A stretch of 64,000 nt of DNA from an uncultured virus (IMG/VR IMGVR_UViG_3300017963_000205). Taxonomy: Duplodnaviria > Heunggongvirae > Uroviricota > Caudoviricetes. The stretch is from the IMG/VR virus record IMGVR_UViG_3300017963_000205, one strand, 5' to 3'. A program made the position numbers and the translations under genes. The notes under the pieces are model-generated. The model did no database searches. It had not been told where the DNA came from and worked only from the letters and a program-made list of their open reading frames with translations. The number at the start of each line of letters is the position of its first letter. Position 1 is the first letter of the stretch. Below are positions 51,914-59,885 of this stretch, piece by piece.

Positions 51914-54023
51914 CACCGTAAGTCTGACGAACTTCTGTCAGCATCCCCAACGCAGCGACGAACTCGGGCCTGGCGTCATTGGGATCATCGGTCCCAATGG
52001 CGCCGGCAAATCCAATTACGTGAAGGCCATATTGCGAGCACTCACCGGCTCTTCGGGCAATCCGGGCCGCAAGGAGGAAGACGTTTCCTGGGGTCAGGAC
52101 AAGGGCGTCGTGGAGGTCGGGTTTACCGTTAACGGTCATTCCGGCTCGGTCCGGCGACAGTTGGCCAGCTCAAGCTGTCTGTTGAAGTACGGCGAGGAGA
52201 CCGTTCGCACCGCGCGCGAAGTCGACCGCAAGATGGAGTCGCTGATTGGCGTGGACAAGCACGTGCTCACGGACATGGTCTTCGTGCAGCAGGGCGCCAT
52301 CGAGGGCATCCTCTTCCAGCGGCCCTCCGAGCGGGCCAAGGCGCTCCAGAACTTGTTTGGGACCGCCTCGGCCGAAGCCTTGCGGGGGCTGTTGCTGGAC
52401 GAGATCAACCACACGCACATCGAAAGCCGTTCGGAGCCGATCGACCGGTTGGAGAAGATGATCGGGGATGCCGACGCCCGACTGGCCGAGATTGACGCAC
52501 GGATTGCGGCCTACCCGCCGGCGGATGTCACCAACATCGAGAGGCTGCGCAGGAACATCACCGAGTACAGGGCGCGTCTTCAGGCCACGGAGAACCTCCG
52601 TGAGGTCGAGAAACGCTTTGCTGCCAGTCGGGAGGAACTTTCAGGAATCCATTCCCAATTGTCGAAGCAGACATCCGACAGGGACATCATGAAGCGGGTC
52701 GTGGACGACGCCCGGTCCGACTACGAAGCCTCCCAGAAACGTGTGCAAGCCGAACAGACGTTTCAGTACAAGTTGTCCAGACGCGCCGAGCTTCTGCAGG
52801 AGAAGGCGGACTTGGAAGCTGCGCTGAAGCAGCCCGAACCACAGTGCGACGTCGACAAGGAGAAGCTGGACGAGCTGCGAGCACACTGCGAGGAGCTTCG
52901 AGCCTCCGTGAACGCCAGCCACAAGATCATCGGGCTGGCTGGGGCACTTGGCAGCGAAAAGGCGGTTTGCCCCACGTGCGACCAGCCCATAACCGAGGCG
53001 CACGTCGACAGCCACAAACTCAAGCTGGCCTCGGAGGAGCCGCAGCTGGGAATGTACGACAAAGACGTGCAGACCCGGGAAGCGGAGATCGAGAGCCATC
53101 GGGTAGCACACTTCAACTGGTGCGCGTCGCAGTACAACGCCAAGAAGGATGCTCAGCGCGTCGAGGAGGGTCTGAAGGCGCTTGGTGAGATCAAAGAGGC
53201 CGATGCCGACATTTCCAAGGACGTGAGTCTGATCAACGACTTCCAGAAGGCTGAGAAACTCCTTCAGGAGGCTGAGGTTGCGTTAAGCGGCCTGCAGGCC
53301 AGGTTCGACCAGCTGGACAGCCAGCAGGACCAGTTCATGGGGCAAATCAATGACCTGCGCAAGCAGGCCGGCGAGGAGCCGCTTCCAGACATTGCCAAGT
53401 TAGAGGAGGAACTGCGCTCGCTGGAAGAGACGCGCGAGGCCATCTCCCGTCTTCACGGGGAGAAGGTCGAGCTGGAACGCAACCGGACCGTCAACAAGCA
53501 GCAGTTGGAGATCTACCATCAGGAAGAGGCCGCCTTGAGCCAGTTGAAGGGGTGGCGGGAACTGATGGAGCGCGTGCGCATGGTTCTTCATCGGGACCAG
53601 CTTCCGAACATCGTCGCTCAGGCATATCTGGGGGCGCTGAACAAGAAACTGGCCGAGTACCTGGCCATCTTCGAGAGCCCCTTCATGGCGCAACTGAAGA
53701 CGGACATCTCAATCGAGTGCCAGTTCCCGGGTGGACACATTGCTGCGGCGGAGAGGCTGTCGGGCGGCCAGAAGGTGATGCTGGGCATCGCGTTTCGGTT
53801 CGCCATCTACGATCTCTTTGCCGAGAACCTGGGATTCATGGTTCTCGACGAGCCAACGGTGTATCTCGACACGGACCACGTGGAATCCGTGTTCACGCTG
53901 TTGGAAAGGGTGAAGAGTTATTCGGCCACGGCCGGTCTGCAGCTGATCATTCCCACGCACGAGGCGCGGCTGGCCGGGGTCCTTGATAAGGTGATCAGGC
54001 TTGGACTACCTGCTGCAGTGTGA
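51903..54023 (+). CDS. SbcC/Rad50-like ATPase
   Basis: GPNGAGKS, Q-loop, CPTC zinc hook, LSGGQ, VLDEPT, TH. Confidence 0.92.
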   Translation: MRIDTVSLTNFCQHPQRSDELGPGVIGIIGPNGAGKSNYVKAILRALTGSSGNPGRKEEDVSWGQDKGVVEVGFTVNGHSGSVRRQLASSSCLLKYGEETVRTAREVDRKMESLIGVDKHVLTDMVFVQQGAIEGILFQRPSERAKALQNLFGTASAEALRGLLLDEINHTHIESRSEPIDRLEKMIGDADARLAEIDARIAAYPPADVTNIERLRRNITEYRARLQATENLREVEKRFAASREELSGIHSQLSKQTSDRDIMKRVVDDARSDYEASQKRVQAEQTFQYKLSRRAELLQEKADLEAALKQPEPQCDVDKEKLDELRAHCEELRASVNASHKIIGLAGALGSEKAVCPTCDQPITEAHVDSHKLKLASEEPQLGMYDKDVQTREAEIESHRVAHFNWCASQYNAKKDAQRVEEGLKALGEIKEADADISKDVSLINDFQKAEKLLQEAEVALSGLQARFDQLDSQQDQFMGQINDLRKQAGEEPLPDIAKLEEELRSLEETREAISRLHGEKVELERNRTVNKQQLEIYHQEEAALSQLKGWRELMERVRMVLHRDQLPNIVAQAYLGALNKKLAEYLAIFESPFMAQLKTDISIECQFPGGHIAAAERLSGGQKVMLGIAFRFAIYDLFAENLGFMVLDEPTVYLDTDHVESVFTLLERVKSYSATAGLQLIIPTHEARLAGVLDKVIRLGLPAAV

Positions 54024-54891
54024 GGGGCACACGTATGTCAGGCGAGTGGAGGGGCCAAAAGGCTACCGTCTTTTGGCTCACCCCTCGCAGGTGCCCCTGA
54101 TTGAATCTTGCGCCAAGCTCGGCGATACCCGATTCTGCTGTTCCAACCTTCTGCGCGGCTCAAACCTTATGGATGGCGAGCAGGTGGTGGACCGGATGAC
54201 TTCGCTGGGAGAACCCGAATACGTTTTTAGGGATGATGTCCGTGACGGCTTGAAGTTTGCCGCTGCATACAACGAGACCGAGTTGAGAAGCAGCGGCGAC
54301 GTTCAGCGGCTTCTTCTGCGCTTGCGCCATCACCCGGCCGTTTTTGGTGGACTGGGTTTTGCTTTCAGAAACATGTTCACACCACATATAGCCCGTCTTC
54401 TGGCGGAGATCTACGACATACGGCGTTTCTTCAAGCCCGGGCATTCCAGAAGCATTTCCCGGCTGAAGAACTACTTCCGAGTGGTCACGCCGAAGCGCGT
54501 ACGGAGCCTGCACGGAAGGACGACCCAGACGCTGGGTGACGTCCGTTTGATGATCGCGTTGGACGCATGGCGGGATCACCCGATGACGGGCGACGCCATT
54601 GGGGAGGACCGGCCCACGGATGCATACTTTCCGGGGTTCTACTATGTGATGTGCAACGACATGGAGCAGGCTCACATAGATCCTCATGTTTTCACGGCTT
54701 ATGCCGCCTGGCGCACGACGGTCGCGTTCCTGCAGTTCGTCTTCTGGACGTGGGGCCAGCAGGTGGGGGCACCTCGGTTCGATCCCGAAAAACTCTTTCG
54801 TGGGCAGTACATTTGTGAGGGAGATGTGGCTCAAAGTTTCCGCAAGTATATCAGTCAGCTCGATCTTGACGACATGGAGATGCTGTTTTAA
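54001..54891 (+). CDS. Divergent IS110 C-terminal/Nop-domain-like protein (start uncertain)
   Basis: HHPAV...IARLLAEIYDIRRF...SRLKNYFRVVTP resembles AA.LLAEIGDI.RF...L.AYAGL.P. Confidence 0.5.
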   Translation: MDYLLQCEGHTYVRRVEGPKGYRLLAHPSQVPLIESCAKLGDTRFCCSNLLRGSNLMDGEQVVDRMTSLGEPEYVFRDDVRDGLKFAAAYNETELRSSGDVQRLLLRLRHHPAVFGGLGFAFRNMFTPHIARLLAEIYDIRRFFKPGHSRSISRLKNYFRVVTPKRVRSLHGRTTQTLGDVRLMIALDAWRDHPMTGDAIGEDRPTDAYFPGFYYVMCNDMEQAHIDPHVFTAYAAWRTTVAFLQFVFWTWGQQVGAPRFDPEKLFRGQYICEGDVAQSFRKYISQLDLDDMEMLF

Positions 54892-54915
54892 GCTATACGG
54901 GTAAGGAGGAATCCC

Positions 54916-55212
54916 ATGCGAAAAATCCTCGCAGCCCTCGCTCTCACCGTTCTTCTGACCGGGTGTGTAGACGACCGCATCAAGCGCCAGATCAGTCTGA
55001 CCAACACTCGGACGCAGGTGGCTGCCAAGGAGTTCAATGAGGCAGCCACGCCAGAGGAAAAGGTGAAGGTCGCCGACAGATACATCAACGGGGTGCCCGA
55101 AAGAGAGGTGCCTGGGATGAAGCACATGACCCAGGTGGCCGACGACTACTTTCAGGGCAAGGACCCGAAGGACCCGTTGAACATCCTCAAGAAAAAGAAG
55201 CCGGACGAGTAG
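54916..55212 (+). CDS. Small lipoprotein
   Basis: MRKILAALALTVLLTG-C lipobox; AAGGAGG RBS. Confidence 0.75.
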   Translation: MRKILAALALTVLLTGCVDDRIKRQISLTNTRTQVAAKEFNEAATPEEKVKVADRYINGVPEREVPGMKHMTQVADDYFQGKDPKDPLNILKKKKPDE

Positions 55213-55215
55213 AAG

Positions 55216-55809
55216 GTGGCTTCACTTCTCCGGGAACGCACAGATGAAGAGCTGGAATGGTTTCTCTTCTTCTCGATCGCTGTTGCCGGCAAAACAGGAC
55301 TCATTGTCGAGCAGGCCGTCGAGCGCTTCTTCCAGTTTGCGCATGAGCGGCCTTTTGAATACATACGACAGTTGATGGCTGATGGTTGGTACACGGCGGC
55401 CCTGCGCGCGGCGCGGGTCGGTCAGTACACCAAGATGAACCGAGCCATGAGGCACATCATTCAAAGCGGGCTCAACCCACGGACCTGCACGCTGGATGAG
55501 CTGGAAGCCGTGCCTGGCATCGGGCCGAAGACGGCCCGGTTCTTTCTGCTTTACACGCGCCCCGGGCAGCGCGTGGCCGCGCTTGACATTCACATCCTGC
55601 GGTTTCTGCGCAGGATCGGCGTGGACGCGCCCGACAACACGCCACAGAACCCAAAAACATACCGTCGGCTGGAGAAAGCGTTTCTGGATGCTGCCGACGG
55701 GTTGGAGATGACCCCTGCCGAGCTGGACGACGTTCTCTGGCGGGGAAGCTCATACAAGCCCAAAGCGCCTGTAGCTCAGCTGGCAGAGCCGGGTCTTCTA
55801 AAGTCCTGA
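55216..55809 (+). CDS. HhH-GPD DNA glycosylase-like protein
   Basis: LEAVPGIGPKTARFFL...AALDIHILRFL...Y.RLE..F...ELD..LW. Confidence 0.8.
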   Translation: MASLLRERTDEELEWFLFFSIAVAGKTGLIVEQAVERFFQFAHERPFEYIRQLMADGWYTAALRAARVGQYTKMNRAMRHIIQSGLNPRTCTLDELEAVPGIGPKTARFFLLYTRPGQRVAALDIHILRFLRRIGVDAPDNTPQNPKTYRRLEKAFLDAADGLEMTPAELDDVLWRGSSYKPKAPVAQLAEPGLLKS

Positions 55810-55841
55810 GAGCGTAGGTTCGAGTCCTACCGGGCGCACCA
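55765..55841 (+). tRNA. tRNA with probable CUA (amber suppressor) anticodon and encoded CCA
   Basis: GCGCCTG/CGGGCGC acceptor, GCTC/GAGC D-stem, GGGTC-TTCTAAA-GTCCT anticodon arm (one U-U), GTAGG-TTCGAGT-CCTAC T-arm, ACCA end. Confidence 0.8.
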
Positions 55842-55941
55842 AACCACGAAGGGAGGCATCATGGGATAGGGCTGTCGCTGTCGTGATCCTCCACGTTTCA
55901 GAGCCGTAGACCATTTAACCCTGAATCTGGAGGAAATTGGA

Positions 55942-56547
55942 ATGGAAATCACAGTAAGAGATGTGGCCGTTCACCACCATCAACGGGTATGTGAGCTGCT
56001 GATGGAAACCAAAGACGAGCTGGACGAGATCATGGAGCTGGAGTCGGCCGAAGGCGTGACCAAGCCCGGTGAACTCGTCTGCAAGAAGAAGAATGGCCGC
56101 AGGGTGTACAGCATCTTCTGCGGAGCGCCCGAGGGTTCGAAGGCAAAGGAGGCGTTCAAAGTCTACGCGCGGTATGAGGGGCTCCGGCACCAATCCAGGA
56201 TCTGGCACAACATCACGTACGCGTTGAAGCTGTGCGAGCGGCATGGGGTGAGCCCTGAGTCTGTTGCATTTTCGGGGGTTGCTCTTGCCAAAAGCATGAA
56301 AACCGAGAATCACCGCAAGGACTTCTGTGCGGCCACAATGCACATTGCTCCGAAGGCTATGGGGCGCGGTGAGGTGCGGGCGCTCACATTGGGCGCAGCC
56401 AAACAGTTGTTCAAGATCAAGGCGCGCCTCGATAATGGAGGCTACCGCTACGTCCGTGAGTGGAAGGAGAAGCGGGAAACCGAACGCGCCGAGCGCCAGC
56501 AGCAGATGGCAGACACAAAATCTGGGAGGGAACCCGTAACGGTTTAA
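55942..56547 (+). CDS. Hypothetical basic protein
   Basis: GGAGG RBS, 201 aa. Confidence 0.6.
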   Translation: MEITVRDVAVHHHQRVCELLMETKDELDEIMELESAEGVTKPGELVCKKKNGRRVYSIFCGAPEGSKAKEAFKVYARYEGLRHQSRIWHNITYALKLCERHGVSPESVAFSGVALAKSMKTENHRKDFCAATMHIAPKAMGRGEVRALTLGAAKQLFKIKARLDNGGYRYVREWKEKRETERAERQQQMADTKSGREPVTV

Positions 56548-56557
56548 GGAGGTAGCC

Positions 56558-56872
56558 ATGAAGATGTACGTGTTGACCCGGCGTGACCTCACGCCGGCGC
56601 AGCGCGTCGTCCAATCATGCCACGCCGTCGCGCAGCTTGTGCTGCGCAGCGGCACGGACCCATAGGTCCGGCATTGGGGGGACGCGCATCAGACGCTCGT
56701 CGTATTGGGCGTGAACGACCAGGAAGAGCTGGAACGTTGGGAGTCGAGGCTCAAGCAGGAGAGGGTACACCATGAGGTGTTCGTCGAACCGGATTTCGGC
56801 GAACAGAAAACAGCTTTGGCGGTGAGCCCGGCTACCGACCCACGACTATTCAGAGAGCTGCGGCTTCTCTGA
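56558..56872 (+). CDS. PTH2-like peptidyl-tRNA hydrolase domain protein with in-frame TAG at codon 36
   Basis: AAGGAGGT RBS; MYVLTRRDL...VQSCHAV...GTDP*VRHW...TLVVLGV...FVEPD...TALAV.P...FRELRLL; TAG at 56663-56665. Confidence 0.75.
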
Positions 56873-56937
56873 AACGGGACGCCCGGCTCGGCCGGGCGCC
56901 TCCATTCGGATTGGTCCCGGCCAGAAAGGAGCACAAG

Positions 56938-57264
56938 ATGGCTTTTGATTGGGATCAAGTCCTTGAGGTGGCAGAGGACAGCGGCAAAGAGCTGCTGGAT
57001 CTTCTGAAGCCATACATTCCCGCTTTGAAGCGGGAAGGCAAAGAGGTCTATGAGGGTTTCCTGAAGCATCTGTTCGATGCCGACTGGGAGGCCATAGACC
57101 GTCAAATGTACGAACACATGACGCCGGAAGAGCGCGAGGTTCTCGATTCACAAGTCTACAAGGACGCCATACAGGCCACGCGCGCCAAGTTCCGGCAAAA
57201 GGAGCTGGTGCGTGAGGTCATGTTCAGGGTCAGCCTCCGACTCTTGATGGTGGCAATCCTTTAA
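56938..57264 (+). CDS. Hypothetical protein
   Basis: AAGGAG RBS. Confidence 0.6.
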   Translation: MAFDWDQVLEVAEDSGKELLDLLKPYIPALKREGKEVYEGFLKHLFDADWEAIDRQMYEHMTPEEREVLDSQVYKDAIQATRAKFRQKELVREVMFRVSLRLLMVAIL

Positions 57265-57292
57265 GCGCTCCTTCCGGCGAAAGGAGGAGCAC

Positions 57293-57607
57293 ATGCAAAC
57301 GGCGAAGCGATGCCAGATCATCCTATCCCCCCGGTGTTTCGATGACATGTTTGGAAGACGCATGAAAATCGTGAACGCCTTTTTAAGTTGGGGGCGGTTA
57401 GTCATCAATGTAGAGGGTGTCGGCTTTACCGGAGACTCCGCCGAGGAGGTCATGGTGGAGGAGTTCGATTCTCTCCCGCAGTTGCGAAACTGGATTGGGA
57501 GGCAGCTGACCAATGGAAGTGGTAGCCACGCTCCGGTTTCTAACGCCCAGCCTCGGCAACGCAAGAGGCGAGCGTCGGGACCGCATGCTGTACAGCACCG
57601 AAGGTGA
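57293..57607 (+). CDS. Hypothetical protein
   Basis: AAGGAGGAG RBS; tail overlaps the next gene. Confidence 0.5.
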   Translation: MQTAKRCQIILSPRCFDDMFGRRMKIVNAFLSWGRLVINVEGVGFTGDSAEEVMVEEFDSLPQLRNWIGRQLTNGSGSHAPVSNAQPRQRKRRASGPHAVQHRR

Positions 57608-57962
57608 GGTGGTGTATCTGCAATCCTGGTGGCGGTCGAGCCTGGGCTATGCCGCGCAGGCTCTCTGCCGCCACCAGGGGACAATAGACAAGATCCAGGC
57701 GGACCCTGTTGTGCGGGGCCCGGTATCCATACACAAGAGGTTCTATAGTCCGACTTCGTTTAAGGAGCATGAAGCGTTCCTCGCCGGAACCGAGGTTGAG
57801 GTTCGCTTCATGCTGCCAAAGAAACTGCGTTTGGAGGCGTTCAGGGAGCTTCTTGAAACGGCCGGCAAGTACGCCGGTATCTCCCCGTACGGCTACAAGC
57901 AGGATTACGGGAGGTTCATCGTTGTCGACGTCCGTTCCGGTTCAAATCACAAGGATCGGTGA
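57513..57962 (+). CDS. Solo RAMP-superfamily (Cas7-like) protein
   Basis: GGAGG RBS; ATLRFLTPSLG, HEAFLAGTEVEVRF, LLETAGKYAGISPYGYKQDYGRFIV glycine-loop pattern. Confidence 0.65.
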   Translation: MEVVATLRFLTPSLGNARGERRDRMLYSTEGEVVYLQSWWRSSLGYAAQALCRHQGTIDKIQADPVVRGPVSIHKRFYSPTSFKEHEAFLAGTEVEVRFMLPKKLRLEAFRELLETAGKYAGISPYGYKQDYGRFIVVDVRSGSNHKDR

Positions 57963-59367
57963 TCTCGTCCGCGTGCCGAGGGTTGTATTCGACTACGCCG
58001 GGCTGGACCCGCTCCTGACCTATTACCGACGTGTTCAAGACGGCGCCAACCCCGCTGACGCCGATTTGGAGGAAACGAAGCTGTACGCGTTCGACGGGAA
58101 CGGCGACGCGCTGGTTCAGGCGGGGCTGATTTCTCGCATGTTCCAGCGTTTGCGGGATGTGGGGTACGCCCCGTTCATCGACGATCGGCGTGGAGCGGTG
58201 CTTCCGCCTCCCGATTACAACCGGCTGGACCTGCACACGCTTCGTGAGGACCAGATACAAATGATCGCCTCCGTCGTCTCTCACGATCGGGGGATCATCG
58301 AGGGGCCCACTGGCTCCGGCAAGTCCTTCGTGATCGGGCAGCTCTGCAAAATGTGGCCGAGCGCCAAGGTCATCATCTGTTCACCCGTCATGGGCGTTCT
58401 GCACACGGCCGTCGAGGAGCTGCGTGCCTGCTTCCCGAAGAACCAGGTGGGCATGTGCGGTGACGGCTTCAGAGAGATTCGCAGGATCACCTGCAGCACA
58501 ACCAAGAGCCTCGGGTATTGCGATCTGGACGACTGTCAGCTCTTCATCTTTGATGAGGTGCATAGGGCTGCCGCGCCCGAGACGTCCAGAATGATCGCCC
58601 GGGTGCGCAACGCGCGCAGGTACGGATTCTCGGCCTCGCCCGACGGCAGAAGCGATCTTGCCGACATGGAGGCTGAAGCCATGTTCGGCCCGATCGTCTA
58701 CAAGGGCACCTACCAGGAGTCCCAGGCGCGCGGCGCCGTGGTTCCGATCGAGGTGTACATGGTCAGCTGCTACGCAGTGCCGAACGAGGACTACGACGGC
58801 ACCGTGGCGCTGGAACGCAATATGTTGTGGCGTTGCGCGCACAGGAACGGATTGATTGTGTCCGCAGTGCGCTGGCTGCAGCGAACTTTTGATCCTGACA
58901 TGCAAATTCAGATCATAGTAGCCAAGGTGGAGCACGCCGCTCACCTTGCCCCGGCTCTCCCCGATTTCGAGCTGGTCTACGGCAGCATGCATGCCAACGA
59001 TCGGAAGAAATGGGAGAACAACAACCTCATTCCGAAGGACAAGCACCCGATCACGGCCGCCGAGCGCGAGGAAATGCGCCGGGCCTTTCGGGCGGGCACG
59101 CTCCGTCGCGTGATCTCCACGCATACGTGGGGCACCGGCGTCGACTTCCCCAAGTTGGGTGCGATGATCCGCGCCGACGGCGGTTCCGGCAAGATCGCCA
59201 ACATCCAGCTCACGGGACGCGTAACACGCCCCTCCGACGGCAAGGAGGTGGGCGTCGTCATCGACTTCGACGATGTTCACAACCGCCGATTGTCGGGCAG
59301 GGCCCTCAAACGGATCGTAACTTACAGGAGCAAAGGATGGAAGGTCGGGAGCCTGCGCCTGAACTGA
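57922..59367 (+). CDS. SF2 DEAD/DEAH helicase (UvsW-like)
   Basis: GGAGG RBS before TTG 57922; GPTGSGKS, DEVH, SAS, TGVDFP, QLTGRVTR. Confidence 0.9.
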   Translation: MSTSVPVQITRIGDLVRVPRVVFDYAGLDPLLTYYRRVQDGANPADADLEETKLYAFDGNGDALVQAGLISRMFQRLRDVGYAPFIDDRRGAVLPPPDYNRLDLHTLREDQIQMIASVVSHDRGIIEGPTGSGKSFVIGQLCKMWPSAKVIICSPVMGVLHTAVEELRACFPKNQVGMCGDGFREIRRITCSTTKSLGYCDLDDCQLFIFDEVHRAAAPETSRMIARVRNARRYGFSASPDGRSDLADMEAEAMFGPIVYKGTYQESQARGAVVPIEVYMVSCYAVPNEDYDGTVALERNMLWRCAHRNGLIVSAVRWLQRTFDPDMQIQIIVAKVEHAAHLAPALPDFELVYGSMHANDRKKWENNNLIPKDKHPITAAEREEMRRAFRAGTLRRVISTHTWGTGVDFPKLGAMIRADGGSGKIANIQLTGRVTRPSDGKEVGVVIDFDDVHNRRLSGRALKRIVTYRSKGWKVGSLRLN

Positions 59368-59885
59368 TTGCCGAGTACGCGGAGCGCCTGAAGGACAGCT
59401 ACCTTTTTCTGAGAAAAAGAATCCGGCCCAACATCAAGCGTATCGCTTCGGGGCAGGATCACTTATGGAAAAGGGCGGCCGTGGCGCTGATCAACAACGA
59501 GGCGGACCCGGCGGAATTTGTCCAATTCGTGTTTGACAAAATCCTTGTCAACCACGATGACGTGTTCGTGAACATGGTCACATCGATCGCTCTGGTCGGT
59601 GAGTTCACGGAGGAGGCTAAACCGTTACGTGATAAGAGGTTGGAGGTCGTTGCGGCTTCCCAACTGCATGCCCTTGCTACCCGTATTCGGGACGGTCAGG
59701 ACATGCGCAAAGCGTTAACGGACCCGGACGCGAACTTCTCGGCGGTTTTCCGATATGTTGTGGCTCTGGAGCATGGGCACCACGACATAGCGGATCGTTA
59801 TCGCTCTGACGCCGAGCGTATGATGCGGTTCAAACCGCATTACAAAAAGCTGTTCAAAGAGTGGCTGAGGAAAGCCGATGCCTGA
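59337..59885 (+). CDS. Hypothetical replication-cluster protein
   Basis: AGGAG RBS; fills the gap between the two helicases. Confidence 0.55.
   Translation: MEGREPAPELIAEYAERLKDSYLFLRKRIRPNIKRIASGQDHLWKRAAVALINNEADPAEFVQFVFDKILVNHDDVFVNMVTSIALVGEFTEEAKPLRDKRLEVVAASQLHALATRIRDGQDMRKALTDPDANFSAVFRYVVALEHGHHDIADRYRSDAERMMRFKPHYKKLFKEWLRKADA

Noticed and set aside
54001..54891. Active IS110 insertion sequence
   Set aside because: No N-terminal DEDD motif, no flanking non-coding ends, and the gene is tightly packed in the operon
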